DNA of 64,000 bases from Raillietiella orientalis. Lineage: Eukaryota. Where the stretch lies: the NCBI GenBank assembly GCA_036172245.1, contig JAYWIR010000051.1:744001-808000 (forward strand). Direction: 5' to 3'. Below the pieces are notes generated by a model. It did not search any database and was not told the origin of the DNA. It saw only the letters and a program-made list of their open reading frames with translations. Each line of letters starts with the position of its first letter. The first letter of the stretch is position 1. Of the stretch, positions 1-16,171 are shown one piece after another. A program made the translations under genes and the position numbers.

Positions 1-329
1 GGAGACCGCGGAGGCCGCGCCGTTTCCTCCTGAGTGGTTCCCTCTGGTTTCGGAGGAAAAGATCCCGACCCCTCTCTCCCTTCCAGGCGGCACTCTGTTC
101 GGTTGAAACAGAGTCCGCGACGAAGGGGAGGACAGAAGAGCCCTTCCGCGGAGGGAGTAGGACGCTCCTGATGCACGGACTCCCATGCTGAATCGGGGAT
201 TCTCCCTCGGGAGTCAGACGAAGGACACCGGGGGACCCATCGCGGCGTTCGAGAAGCCACAGGAAGAGCGTCCGGATCGAGGAGACCGCGGTGATCGAGG
301 GACGGCGGAGAGGAACAGCAGAGGAGAGG

Positions 330-1620
330 AGAGGGGTCAGGCACCCCTCTGGCAACCACAGGACAGACCGGATGAGCCTCCACCGCCGTAGATGCCACCG
401 AAAAGAGGGGAAAGCGCGTGCCAGCCGGCAAGACTGGACGCTGGCACCTCATCGCCGCTCTCCGAGTCAGAAAGGCCCGCAGAGAGCAGGGAGACAGAGA
501 TAGAGCGCGCGGGAAGCGACATGCACCCCGGGTCAACTGTGGGTGCCACTCTCTCCCTCTTCTCCGCAAATCCCTCCCTTCCTTTCCCATCCAATGGCCT
601 GCGTGCTGAAAAACGACGGCGTGCGCCCGTTGCTGCTGCCGCGCTGGAGTCGAATCGGTAGCGGGGCAGCTCTGGCGGCGCCACGCCAAGACGGCTCCAC
701 TGGACTGCCGCCATCTTGGCATGGCGGTGGCATCCGCGCTCGTCAGGGGTGGCGCTACGGAGCGGACGCGGCAGGGGAGAGGGAGCAAGAGTCCCCGAGG
801 ATCTGCCTCTCCCTTCCCTTCATTCCGCCCTCTACCTGAGCTTGGCTTTCGCGGAGGTTCCCGGCCCTCTCTGCCCGACCACCAGAGACGAATATCCCGG
901 GCACGGCGTGGAGCCGAGGAACGAGCTGCACCCCACTTCCCTTCCGGCGAACCGCCTCTCTTCCCGAGGAACGGGAGCGAGCTGGGTGGAGCGGAAGGTG
1001 GACCCCTTCTGCCACCCTTCCCAGAAGGGAAGCGACGAGGCGAAAGTTTTCAACTAGCAATAATCGCGCCTCAGTCGCCTTCGTCGGCTACGATATTGTC
1101 CGTGCGCAAGGCGAAAGGGAACTCTTGCCCACCCTTCCACTCGGTGGCGAAGCTCACCTTGCTTATCCCGCATCCCTGGCGTCCTTTACCGGACGGTAGG
1201 GAGGACTGAGTACGGAACGGTCTTCGGGGAGGAGAAGAGCTGGGTCAGCTACCTCTGGAGACTCTAGGACAGGACGGATGAGCCACCACTAACGTGGGCA
1301 GCATCATCCTGAAAGGAGACCCGGAGAAAGAGTCGTAGGGAGACTGCACCAGCGCCTGCAGAGAGCCCATCCAGGGAGACCTCACGAGCCCTGGGACTCC
1401 CCTGACCTTCCGGTGCAGGATGACGTTGCCCGGGAATAGGAGGTGGGTTTCCGCGGAGCTCCCGGAGGGCTCGTCCTGCGGTCCCTCACCCAGGGAGAGG
1501 AACGCAGGAGGAGGAGAGAGTAGGGAAGGAAGGAGTGCTCCAGACGGCGCGGCGCATCCGGATTCGTTCCGCGCCTCCGCTCTTGGACGAAAGCCGATCG
1601 TTCGTCGGCGCGCCATCTCC
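330..1620 (-). mobile_element. Decayed non-LTR retrotransposon ORF2 relic (RT + C-terminal Zn-finger)
   Basis: The minus strand at ~1200-1080 reads in one frame LPSGKGRQGCGISKVSF...FALRTDNIVA (cf. GVRQGCPLSP.LF...YADD). Upstream is SLQALVQSPYDS (cf. LD..KAYD). Downstream at ~600-510 is GICGEEGESGTH...GC (cf. CxxC..E...H...C). Frameshifts and stops are present. Confidence 0.55.
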
Positions 1621-4600
1621 TCGCGCCAGGGTCGGCCTTGAAACCTTACGAGACACGTCGGGCAGCTCAGCGCTTGCTCTCCTTCCACGACACTTGCGTG
1701 CGCGCACGTTCACGTTTGCGTACGGTGCGTGAACGCGCGTGTACACATGTACACGGTGCGTGCGCGCACTGGTGCTTGGTGCGTACCGGTTTGATTCCGG
1801 GGAGAACCGGATGATGCAAGCGCGTCTGATCTTCGCTACCGTTAGCCCTTTGGCTTTCGCGGAGCATTCGAGAGAGCCGCTGATACGAAAAGCCGCCGTC
1901 TGCTTTCACCCGTTCCCAGAAGCAGAGCACTTGCCACCGAGGACGCACCATGGCTGCTAGGACCGTCCCTCCTCGCTAGCAGACATCTTGACGCTGGCAG
2001 AGAGAAAGAGACCGCACGTGGAAGAGAGGCTGCCTCGTGCGTGCGGGTCTGACGGGAGCTCCCGGGACGGAGCCGCTTCGATGGCTCTGAAGAGGAACGG
2101 ACTCGAGTCTTCCCTCCTCCTCCTCCTCCTTCCAGTGTGGGAATAAGTCGGAGTCCTGGAAGCTCTCTGGTCTCAGAGGAGCGCAGAGGAGAGCACTGCG
2201 ACCAATTGTCTTCACAAATGCTCATTTTTCATCTTCCTGTTCCCTCCTTCCTTCCTTTCATGTTTTTTATGGGGGGAACGGGGGGAGCACGTGTCGTCAA
2301 TCGCGCGGCTGACAGCGGCGCCCGCTCCCCGACGATGCAGCAGCAATCAGCAACCCTGCAAAACATCAAGACTTCCCTGCGAACAACGCTCTCTGAAAAA
2401 GGTTCGCGATCCGCGCGGACAGGAGCCGTTCGCTTCGCATCCGGAAGAGGTACGCCACAGGAATTCCACTATCGCGAAGGACGAAATAAAGAAACACGCA
2501 CACGAATCCCTGCTCGGAGCAACAGAAAGTGCTCCCTGGATTTCCAAAGTTTCCAAAGGAACAGCCACTCGGACGCGCGAGGAAGACGAGAAAGGAACAC
2601 CGAAGGCGATCGGGCGCAAAAGCTGTCCAGATGAATAACGCGTCTGCGCAGAGCCGTATAAGATGCGGGTCGGCCCCATGCCACCCCTCCGAAGGATCGA
2701 GAGCGTTGCTCGGCAACGGGGAGGCGGAGACGAATGCGGTTTGATTTCACCTTTTCGTGCTCCGTACCTGCCAACGCCATTCTACGGCTGGCTCTGTAGA
2801 AAAGTGTTTCGCTACGAGATGGCGCGGACCGGATATCCGAAGGCGGTAAATCAATTGAAAGGACAGGTCCCACAACGGAAAACAGAATTTACGTGCACAG
2901 AAAGAGAAAAGGGGGCTTGCCTCATAAGCGATTCAGAGGAAGATACCGAGCTGTCTGGATGCAATTCCATGCACTCAAATAGAGCGCCTCCAGTCCGTCT
3001 CTGAAGACAATAACTTGAATGTAAAAGCCAAAAGCAGCAAACAAATTTAGGCACGGCATGGAGTGAAGATAAGAATGCACCGGTTTCCGATGCTGGAAAT
3101 TTCCAGAAGAAAGAATTTCCCCAAAAAAAGCGAGATTAAATCGATGAATGGAAAGTGATTCAGAAGTTGTTTTTGATAAAAGCTGATAAGCACGTCTCTT
3201 CCTCATTTGAACTGAAAGCTCGTTCCTTTGGTGTATGCTGAATGGCTGCGAAAGGGGGCATTTCTGGAACAATACGGGATATTTGAAAGCACTTAAATGA
3301 TCTCTCATTTCCTGTTTGTTCTCCTTCTTTCGCTTTCTATTCTCCGAATGCAAAAAGCTCCAGCAACTTGTCATTAAATCCACAAAAAACAGCCACTGCC
3401 ACCCATCATTCCAGAAGCAGAAATGTTGAGATGCTTGTACAGACAATTACTCGAAAGGCAATAAAGTTGGCTCAGCATTGATGATACAGCAGGTGATACG
3501 AAAATCTCAAAACCATAAATGTATCAGAATAAATCAGTTCTTCAGTGTGTTAATAGGATGCTGCCTTCGAGAATCCAGATGTTTCCAGGCATTCCACGCA
3601 CTTCTTTCCGATAGGAAACAGGATTCCCGTATAACCAGCTATAAACTTGATTTAGGAGTGGTTCCATTAATTCCCCGAAAACACTGGGACGCTGAAATTA
3701 CTTTCTTTTCGCTCCAGCTCTGCATCGACTTCACGTGTTCGAACGAATTCGCGTCATTCATCCTGGATGATCTTCGATGACGTTCTCCAAAAGCTTCCAA
3801 GTGTCCTTCGTCCTCACTTAAAACAAATCACCTAATACCAATAGCAAAACACCGTCTTTCGCAAATCTCTTCGCAAGCTTGCACACGAGACTCTGCTCCA
3901 ACTCATGATAAATAAAAAAAATAAAAAAAAAAGAATCTCCCTCATCACAGCTAGCTTTAAAAGCTTCTTATCCATGGATCTAGAATGCTCATCATGGAAG
4001 CAGTTACAAGCTGCTCTCTTCAGTTCTCTCCGAACCCTTCTCTGTCTGCGATGTGTTTCCGCTTTGGTTTACAAACAACTAAATAAAATTTCAACCCGAA
4101 AGCCACCGGCAAAAAGGAAAGGAAAAAAAAAAAAAAGGCGTGAGGAATTTTTTTGTGTTGTTTTTTCCCCCATACTCATATGAATGCTTTTTCCTCTCCT
4201 CTTCCCCTCTCGGCTTTTCAACGGAGACGTCCAAGCGTAAGCTCGAACATTTCTGGCTGCCACTCGTAAGCCAAGCGGAAAAATTTGAAAATTGCGAGCT
4301 CCGTGGCCCCACGAACGGTTCACGTGAACCGAGGCAAGACTTTCACCTCTGGATTTTCAAACGTTGGGCTCGAATAGGAGCGGAGCCATCCCAGGAGGAC
4401 TCCTACTTTCCAAGGAACAAGAGAGCGTGCACGCAAGAGAGCGTTACCGGCTCCTGGTCAGTCGGGATGCCAATCCCGGAGCAAATTCAATCGAGAGTGG
4501 AAAACTCGTAAAAGTAAAAAACCCAAAAGTTCGTGAGCCAAAAACAAAACACCATCGTTGCGATCACAAACGGCCGATCCAACATCTCCGGAAAGAATAC

Positions 4601-4783
4601 CGTTCCTTCAGGTAACACATCAAGATCAGAAATTGGGCTGCTGGTCATGACAATTACAGTGCTACCAGTTATACGAAACCATGTATTTATTTTAAAAAAA
4701 TAATAATAAATAAAGCAAAGCAGCTCCTTCGATTAGAAAGTGTCAATATAGTGGACGGAATTATCTTATATCAATGCTCCATC

Positions 4784-5476
4784 TCACGGATAAAGAAGAA
4801 CGATGTTGGTAGACTGTGCTTCCGTGATGAGTTGGTACATTGAGTAAGCACACAGCCAGCAATAAATCTATTGCAATCGATCTTAATAAAATACTTTACT
4901 AATGGTTAGGGCTCACCAAATGTGCTGCAATCAACCACTCAACTGCTACAATAAGCACTACCCACAGCTGTGGAAAAAATGCATTAGTCGAAAATCTCAT
5001 AACAATTACCCTTACATATATATAATATGAATAAAGTAACCAAAGAGGATAACAAAGGAAATACATGACCCATCCCAGAGTCATTAAGAGCCATGGTATG
5101 AACAAGCCTCTTAGTTCCTTATTTACTCCAAGAATGAGAAGAAATCCTGTCACGATGTATATAATTGAAAACAATATCAGACCAGCCACTGCACCTGTCA
5201 TGTCTGTGGAAACAATCCTACTTGTAAGGCTACCTGAACAAACTCACTAGAATTACGATCTGCTTCAAAAAGGGGATTGTACAACTGGGCTGTGGTCCCC
5301 CCATCCAGGACATACATTCCGTAGAAAACGGCTAGTAGACTGACAACCTAGTAAAATCTCAAGAAGGCTCACACACTATGTTCTTTTACCATTGTGTAGA
5401 TTGCCACCACTTTGGTTGCTGTACCTAAATTGGTGTACTGGAGCCATGGAGTCCAGAAACTCTTTAGCACAGCCAT
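4784..5476 (-). CDS. pasi1: Pasiflora-1-like tetraspan septate junction protein (5 coding exons)
   Basis: Spliced translation MAVLKSFWTPWLQYTNLGTATKVVAIYTM/VVSLLAVFYGMYVLDGGTTAQLYNPLFEAD.../..RGLFIPWL..YYIY/LWVVLIVAVEWLIAAHL/IYCWLCAYSMYQLITEAQSTNIVLLYP*. It matches the remembered pasiflora-1 motifs GG..AQLY.PLFE.D, RG.L.PWL, YYIYL and IYCWL. Introns are GT-AG. Confidence 0.85.
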
Positions 5477-5602
5477 AGTCAACAAAGTTCAACACTACAA
5501 CGTGCAGATTAGCATGCTGCTGCCAATTCCTAGGTGGTCTATTGATCAGATGATGACCTCCCACCTATTATCTACAAAGAACAGCATGGCTACCAACTGA
5601 GA

Positions 5603-5608
5603 TTTATT
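5603..5608 (-). promoter_or_regulatory. Putative polyadenylation signal of the Btk-like gene
   Basis: AATAAA on the minus strand about 140 nt downstream of the stop at 5749. Confidence 0.6.
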
Positions 5609-5748
5609 GCTGGCTCAGATCTGTCTCAGAATAGTGAACATTTCACAAATGTCTGTAATTCTAAGGCACAGCTGCCACATGCATTAAATGCAAGGCAGGG
5701 AAAGGAGGGAGAGGGGGGGGAAGGGGGAGGGAAGAACGTGTCTTGGTT

Positions 5749-8562
<2,814 letters not shown>

Positions 8563-10549
8563 TACCCATTTTAAAGTGAACAAGTATATACTTGTTCTGA
8601 AAGTAAGGACCTTACGGTTTCACGTACCTTTGTTTACTAAATGTTCTCGAGGCAAGGTAAATAAAAAAAAAAAATACAGTACCAAATTCCATCGGACTGA
8701 AAATAACGGGGGGGAATTGCATCCGACAATACTGTAATTTCAATACGATGGTCGTGTACAATTTTTCCTGCATCACGGCTATTTTGTTTTTATGTTTTTT
8801 TCCCGTAGTTTTTTGTACTGAAGTTTGGAGTACATCGAGCATAAAATCAGAATCATAACCCGCTGAATAATATTAGCACCAAACTGTGCAGTAATACAGA
8901 TCATGAGTACTTATTCATGACTTTTCAAGTATCATTTGCAACCAAAAGAACGAGCTGTTTTGTCTGTTTATGAACTTTTCTTTTTTTTTCCCCCTTTTCC
9001 CTCAAGTCTTCAACTTATGCTATAATGAACTATAGATGATGTGTCTATGAGGATACTTGGTAGATTTGTGATTCATACATACAAATGAACTGTCACTACA
9101 TGGTTTTTTTTCTTTCCTTCTTTATTCTTGGTTCTCGGGATGGAATTTACTCAGTAATAAAGAAGTTTGCTGTTATGACAAACCTCGTGTATCTTGGTCC
9201 TGAGTTTTCTGGCTCTCGCTGACAAACGCACATGCAAGAATTATTTGTGCTTAGGTAAAAAAGCATCTTCCCATAACTGCCATCTTCTCCTTTTCTCGCA
9301 TCTCCTTTTCTTCCTACAGAAGACGTGAGGGCGCCGAAATTTTTATTAATTTGCTTCAAATTTTGTTTTCATTTTCTGATTTAGTTCAGAATTCAAGTTT
9401 ACGAAAGTGATGAGAACAGCTAATGCTGGTGGTGGTCACTCATACTCCATCAGTCGCTGTTTTCGATGCCGCGAAAAGTAAAGATGCATTAACATACAAT
9501 GAAAATTTGAAATCATTGCTTTTTTTCTTTCTTTTTTTTTTTTGGAGAATTTTCATAGGCTTTGGAAAAAGCTCTCGAAACTTTGGAATGACATGGATTC
9601 TTCGGGTCTGGTTCTACTATAAATTTCAGCAGTTTTCATCGATTGAAGTCCTCATGTTTTTTTGTTGTTGTTGTTGTAAACAAAGTTGACACCCATCTAC
9701 ACGCTTCATGAAAGGAACTTTCAAATATTAAAACATAATTTGTCATCTCAAGATTTGAGCATTTATGGCTTGTAGAGCAAAGACTTTTCAAAGTAGGCGT
9801 TCTTATCCCCCCCCCCCCCTCCTCTCCTTTCAACTATTCTGTAAAGGTGGATTAAGTTGTCCTATCCGAGGTTTGAACACTTATAAGTTCAACATGGATT
9901 TATGGATTCACACATGAATTCATAAATGTTTTATGAGAGGACTTCAGATTCCTGCTTCTTTTCGCATTCGAATATATTTGGGAAGCATTTATGGTCAGTT
10001 GTTTTTGTCTTCTATTGATAATCTTGCCTTGTAAGACAACAAAGTCGTGAGATCAGTCAGTTACGGGCGTTTTTTTTTGACTGCACTATGTCCCACAGGA
10101 CTGTTTACAAAGTGTGCTCTGCACCCCTGCGTCCATCTTGCAGTGGCTTAGCGCGGAGTTGGCGTTTTGTTTGTCGCCACGCTCAAGAGGGAACCTCCTC
10201 TTTCAAAGCAAGTGCCAACCTGCTCACAGGCTAAACAGTCATCCCACGGATGCCTTGGGTGTACGCATGTTCCCGCCTTCTCTTACGGGATAGAAAAGTT
10301 TGTTTACAACGTTCGCGTGACGAGGTACGTAAATTGGAAATAAAAAAAAAACCTGAGTATGTAAACGGAAATCTAATTTACATGTTTGGGCAAGAAAGAG
10401 TTTCTTGCCTGGGAAGCATTGCGGTGCAAGGAGCGATCATCAAAAATGGAAGGAGATGGAAACGGAAAGCAGCTTTTGGGGTACGGAAATATGCGGCTGG
10501 AAGCATTCTGAAGCTGAAAGCCTGCAGAATGTCGTGGTCTCAGAGACAA

Positions 10550-12100
10550 GTCGAACGTCCTCAGCGAACGCCGATGCTCTTCTTCTTATGCCTCTCTCTT
10601 CAAAAGAGCATGAGGACCGGTCCGCCTGAGAGAAAGAAAGGGGTGGGCACCTTTGCGAGCAGGGCGAGAGGCATGTCGTTTGGCTACTCGCTCTCGAAGC
10701 AGCTCTCAAAGAGGTTGCGCTCGGAGCAGCCAGTTCGGTTCCTGCGGTGCGCTCCTCGATGGAGTCGGCTCTTGGGACGAGGGAGGTGAGTTCACAGGAG
10801 GCAACCCCTCTCAGAGTAGCGAGACAGTTAGAAGAGGTGGTCCAGGCGTACGTCCTTTGAGAGAAGGAGTGCCAACGGGGGCCCTTCCTACCCTCCCGTG
10901 TCTCCGGCGGCGAGCGGTTAGAAGGCTGGAAGACGGAAGGAAGGAGAGCAGAAGCAGTTTCCAGCAGAGGAGCGTTCCGTCCTCCAGTTTTCTGGATGCT
11001 GGCTGCTACTGCAGCCGGACTCCAGGAAGCCTTCGTGCCCTCACCGTCCCGTGTCCACTTGCCACGACGAAGCAGCACACCGGGGATCGGGAAGGCCAGC
11101 ATGGAACACCAGGTCTTTTCCCCTCTCCCTCCCCTGCCTTCTTCAGCGAACCTCCAAGGTGACCAACTCCCAGGACGTCCTGAGCGTGCCCGCTAGTACC
11201 CGTGACCATCGGCGGCGGCAGAGGAGGAAGAGCAGCAGCAGCACCATCCAGTAGAGGAGCCATGGAGGAAGTGCGTGCGCCCGTAGCGGAAGTCGTCGTC
11301 GTCGTTGTGGTGGTCGCTCGCGGCTCTCGCCACGCGGACGTTCCAGCTGCGGCGCGACCTGCTCGCAGGAAAAGCGCTCCTTTACCGTGCAGAGGTTCCG
11401 CGGACAGCGGAGGCCGCCGCCTCCGTTCCTCCTGCTGCGCGCACCTTCCCCTCCCTTTTGCGGCTTACCGCCTGCCCTCTGCGAGTTGCCGAGGTGCTTC
11501 AGCGATCTGCGTTCGAGAACGTCCGCGGACTGGGAGAGAGTGAACCGCCACCTACCCGTCGCTCCGGAGAGGCGAATTTCTCTGCCCCAGGTCACAGTGT
11601 CTTGCGGACGCTGGCGCGCCCCCGCAGAGGAAGGAGGAGGAGGAGGGTGAGGGGGAAGGAGTCGTTCCCTCTCCGCCAGCTGGATGGCGAGTTCCGGAAC
11701 GCGTCCACCGAGAGAGGGTTCGCGAAGATGCTCCCAACGGAGGGGAGGGAATCGCGCCTCCTTCTGAACGCCAGCTGCTGGTTCCCGGATTCCAAGGCGG
11801 CAGATGCAGGTGATCTCCGGTCGTGGATGAGAGACGACGGAACGCAGTTGTTCCAGGAGAGGCTGCAGCAGCCATGACTTGTCCTTTCCTGCTCCGCATG
11901 GGAGAACGGGGAATGTCCTCTGCCTGCTCTTGGACGCTCCAGTCGCGCGAAGGCCATCGTCCGGATCTGGAGCGAAGCTGCGGCCTCTGAGAACGACGCC
12001 CGAGCCATCTCCGGAAGTCTGAGACTCCTCCCGGATGGAAGCTCCGTCGATCCTCCATGGTGCCTCTCCGGAATAGCTCGAAGCGTCCGCTCCTCGTTGA
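10550..12100 (+). mobile_element. Decayed non-LTR retrotransposon RT relic
   Basis: Degenerate motifs in the expected order: FFLCLSLQKSMRT (cf. LD..KAFD), PLREGVPTGALPTLP (cf. GVPQG..LSP), GKALLYRAEVPRTAEAAASV (cf. K..LY...V.P.LEY...VW) and VLQRSAF. They are spread over several frames. Confidence 0.5.
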
Positions 12101-14599
12101 GCTGCTGGCCGCCAAGTGGGAGAGGCACTGCAGCGCCCGCTCCTCCGTAGCACGCGCGGTTCCTCCGCCGGGGTGGTTCTCACACAGAGCTTCAGGAAGG
12201 CCTCTGGGTCACCTTGACGACGGCCGTACCTTCAGTCCTCGACTCTCCCCGTTGCACCGATACGACACCTGGTGTAACGGGGAGGCTGGAGAGACGACCG
12301 GGATCTCCGTCCGTCCTTTGGGATCCTCTCGTCTGGGGTTCAGAGGATCATCCTCTGGCGACGACTTCTTGCACCACTGACAGCCAGAGAGCAAGCAAGG
12401 TTGAACCGTCTTCCACCCCTTCGCTTCCCGAAAGCAGAGTGGTGGGAAATTAGACCCTAGGAAGCGTGAAGTAGTAGGGGAACATTGAAATTCCCAGGGA
12501 CCGGGGGAGGGGGCGCTGCAGCAACACACAACCACCATAGGAAGGGCTCCTGCTGCAGTCGGTCCTATTTTTCGCAACAGATGTCACTAAGTGCACGGCA
12601 TGGTGTGCGTTCGCTTCGAAGACCGCGTATCTCCTTTCCTACGTGTGGATCTTTGTGTCTTTGCCGCCGAGCGGCGCTGCTTCCGGGCATTTGACCGCTG
12701 CGTAACGGGACTGCGCGTTTACGAAAGCGAACAAGGAAGAGTGTTTTGTGCACTCTTTTGTTCCAGAAGGCGGCACGCTCTGTGGTGGTTTCTGCCTCCC
12801 GTGTTGCGTGCGTGCATGTTGTGGCGTCGCGCGTGGTCTCTTTTGTTCGTGCCCGGGAAAATCCGAGGCAGGTCGTCGTCTGTGCGGTAGCTGGCGCTAT
12901 CAGCAGACCGAAATTACGCATTAAAAAACGCGCCTGCTTGTCGGTAGGGAGGGGTGTGTGTAGAGGCACTCTCTCGTTCTTCCGCCAAGCTGCTGATGCC
13001 CACTGAGGACCCGGAGCTGCCAGCCCAATCTACTCAAATGGGAAAATCAGGCGGAGTTCCGAGTGCGGAACGGGGGAGGGGGAGGAGGGAGAAACACGTG
13101 CGGGACAAACATGGGAAGGAAGCAGGAGGGGGGGGGGGAACTGAAGAAAAGGAAGTTTCGTTGGCATCGCAGATCCTTGGCTTTGTTATTTACCCTTAGG
13201 ACCCACAGGCGCCCGAAGATTGAGAATTCCGGATTGCAACATTCTGATTCTTTCGAAGACTCGTTAACGGTTTTTACTTCCGACTCACAGAGAAAGTTTG
13301 CACCTCCCCATTACCTCTTATATGTATGTATGCATGTGTATATAAGAGGTAGGTATATGTAAATGTATGGGAGACGAAACTTCGTTCATTTTGTGTTTCG
13401 CTTCGCCGTTAGCAGTTTGCACGGTTGCGCTCTTATGCGTTGTCCTTCAAATCGCATCCCATCCTCCCGGACACTGCTGCAAGAATTTGGAACTCGACTC
13501 GCCGCGACAGCGCTGCTGCTAACAGGAGCTCCTCCCGTTGTCCCAGTCTTCACGGTGCTGAGACGTTCCAGGATCGTTTGCAGGGCATCGGTGTTTACTG
13601 CAAGAGCTGCGTGATCGCCAGGGAAGGGAAAACCAAGGAAAGCTCGCTCGTATTTCTCAGAAGTGTCCCGAGAAACTGCTGGGGAGCCTCCCTAACTGGA
13701 CTATTCGCAGCCCGCTCGAGGGGGAAGCCGTTTGGGCTTATTGAAGTGAATATGGTAGGCTGGGCAAAGCATTTTCTTTGTATCAGCTTCACCTTGCCCC
13801 CCGGTAAGCAAGTGGCAAGCTGCGGGGGAAGCGCGTGGCCGCCTCATTCAAAGAGTGGCTTCCGCTGGGCGAGGGGAGCGGCCCCTCGGCCAGCTAGAAT
13901 GGCGGACAAAATGCTCGAAGATGAACGAAAGCGAAAGAAACGATACTCTTCAAAAAAACGCCTTGCGCAACATCGCTTCCAGACGTAAGGTCCTCGTATT
14001 CCTCATGTTTGTACTAAAGGAAGAAGAGGGAACAGTGGTGTTGCTGAGTCACCCGCACACCAGTCAGTAAATGGGTTTCATTTTTTTTCATTCTTGAGAC
14101 AAAGCATCCCATGAAAAACTCTCTGAATTGGAGATTGCACGCAGCCAGCCTCGGGGACCAAACAAGCAGAGGTGTAAAGCAGCACAGGATCGTGCATTCC
14201 TGCAGGTAGCAGTGCCATGGGTGCCTTGGTCACACTGATCAAGTCAGGTTTGCTACTGTAAACGGGAAAAAGCAGCCCCATCCAGGTCCTGAACGTCTTC
14301 TTCTTTCTTCCGTCACGATGAAGGCATCTGAAGTGACGGATCCAGTTGGTCATGAGCAGATTTTTTCTTTTTCAAATGAATATGAAGGCCTCAAGAATCC
14401 CACGGCGGCGAACGGGAGGAGCTGGAAAAGCACAACGAAGTAGAATAGTCCTCCAAGTAGAAACATAAAGATAATCGCTTTATGATGGATGCCAGAGTTA
14501 CAAACAGGAACAAACAGTTCCAATTATGGTTGTTACAAAGCAGTCGAAAGGATTTCCGGTTTGATCGCACCTCACTAAGGACTAGCAGGAGCACTCAAG

Positions 14600-15700
14600 C
14601 TGATCCTTTCAAAGACGCATCTGCGGCGTGTGAGTGATGACTTAAGATGACTTGGATTAGTGGGCGACGAAGATGACTGGTATCTCTTCCGCGGAATGCA
14701 ATACCGAACTGACGAGGAAATGAAGGATTTTTCCTCTTTATAAGCGGATGCCAATTCCTGCCATTTGTTGTTGACTTGGGAAGAGGGAGCGGGAGGGGGG
14801 AGGCGGGACCGCGGTTGCAGGACGTGTCTCCTAAACACATTCGTGCTTCCCCATTCAGTGTGCAAAGTATCTGAAGCAAGAAATCATTGAGACGTTTCCA
14901 AAGAACAACAAGGGAGTCAATGATGATTGAGTCGATGTAATTAGATAATCGACTCCAGGCGGAGCCAGAGTCCAAAGTATCTGCTTTATTTACGTGCTGT
15001 GCCTCGTCAAGGGTCTTCAATTAGAGTACACACGCGAGTTCTGTTTGATGTGACCTTGAGAAGCATTTCGGGAATGCGTTGCACGTGATGGTGGCAACCC
15101 GCATGGTATTTATGGGATGTGTTTCCCAGGTCTTCGGATGTGGTGATGACCTGCTTAAACGAGGCGATGATGACTAAACCATACGCATTTGCTCCAACAA
15201 ATTACTTTCGATCCTCATTCCACTTGTCTGCTATTTCCAGTTGGAAAAATCCGTGGGCATCCTCCATTTCAGTAGTGATGACATCAACGTTGGCAACTGC
15301 GTTCTCTTGCCCAGGAAAGGGAAGATCTGGTCAAAGATGCGTTTTCTGAAGCATCTGTGCGATCTGACCAATTTAGTTGTCATCGTTTATTCGTCCCCGT
15401 TTTGTATACACGAGCTCGTAAACGCCCTTAAACGTACACAATCTTGCTCTGTTCGGTATGCACATGCTGGTCTCGCGAAAACCTATTTCCGGTTCCTGCG
15501 GGCGAAAAGCCCGCGTCTGCCCCATCCGCATCCAACTTAGATTGAAAGTTTATCCTCTTCACGGTGGTGACTCCGAGGGCTTCCGCTAAGCAAACCCGCC
15601 GGGCGTGGTAAGAAGAAACGCAATTTCTAGTCCTCATGGCATGCCGTTGGACGGGATGACTTGAACCTGCATGTTGAGGGTCATCCCTCAGCAGCGAGAC
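14600..15700 (-). mobile_element. Possible decayed CR1-like LINE RT relic
   Basis: The minus strand at ~15390-15290 reads INDDN*IGQIAQMLQKTHL*PDL (cf. FADDTKI...LQ.DL), preceded by TSMCIPNRARL (cf. SGVPQGSVL). Confidence 0.35.
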
Positions 15701-16140
15701 ATCCGGACTGCCTCGAGCTGGAGTAGATCTGACTCCTTGGTCCCGTTACTCGTGATGAATCGAAACAGAATGGGCACTCAAAGCTCCCTAATGCAAAACT
15801 AACGCTGTTGCACATCCAATGCCGAATTCCTGTAAATCTTTATACGAGCTCTCCTATAGCCATCGACCGCTTCAAACTTTGCTGCTGTCATTTCCGTTCT
15901 TCTAAAGCCCTCGTATGATCCTCAAAGCAGTCAGCGACGATCTGATGTAACGGATAGTTTACATCAGCCAGAGATGTATGTAACGAGGAAACGGGAACCA
16001 AAGTCACAAAATTGCGAATGCAAGGATAGGTGTGCACAGAAATAAGTACCTCGGAACATTAATCACGTTTTTCTCAATGACAGACTGCGGCTGACCTTCC
16101 AGCTTGCATTTCACGTCTGCTCGACTCGGATAATCACCGC

Positions 16141-16141
<1 letters not shown>

Positions 16142-16168
<27 letters not shown>
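16142..16168. repeat. (CA)n microsatellite
   Basis: Run of about 13 CA units seen directly. Confidence 0.95.

Positions 16169-16171
<3 letters not shown>

Noticed and set aside
11143..12183. 346-aa minus-strand ORF and other long ORFs in GC-rich intergenic blocks
   Set aside because: Low-complexity R/P/G/S composition and overlapping ORFs in all frames reflect GC richness; the only motifs present are LINE remnants on the other strand.
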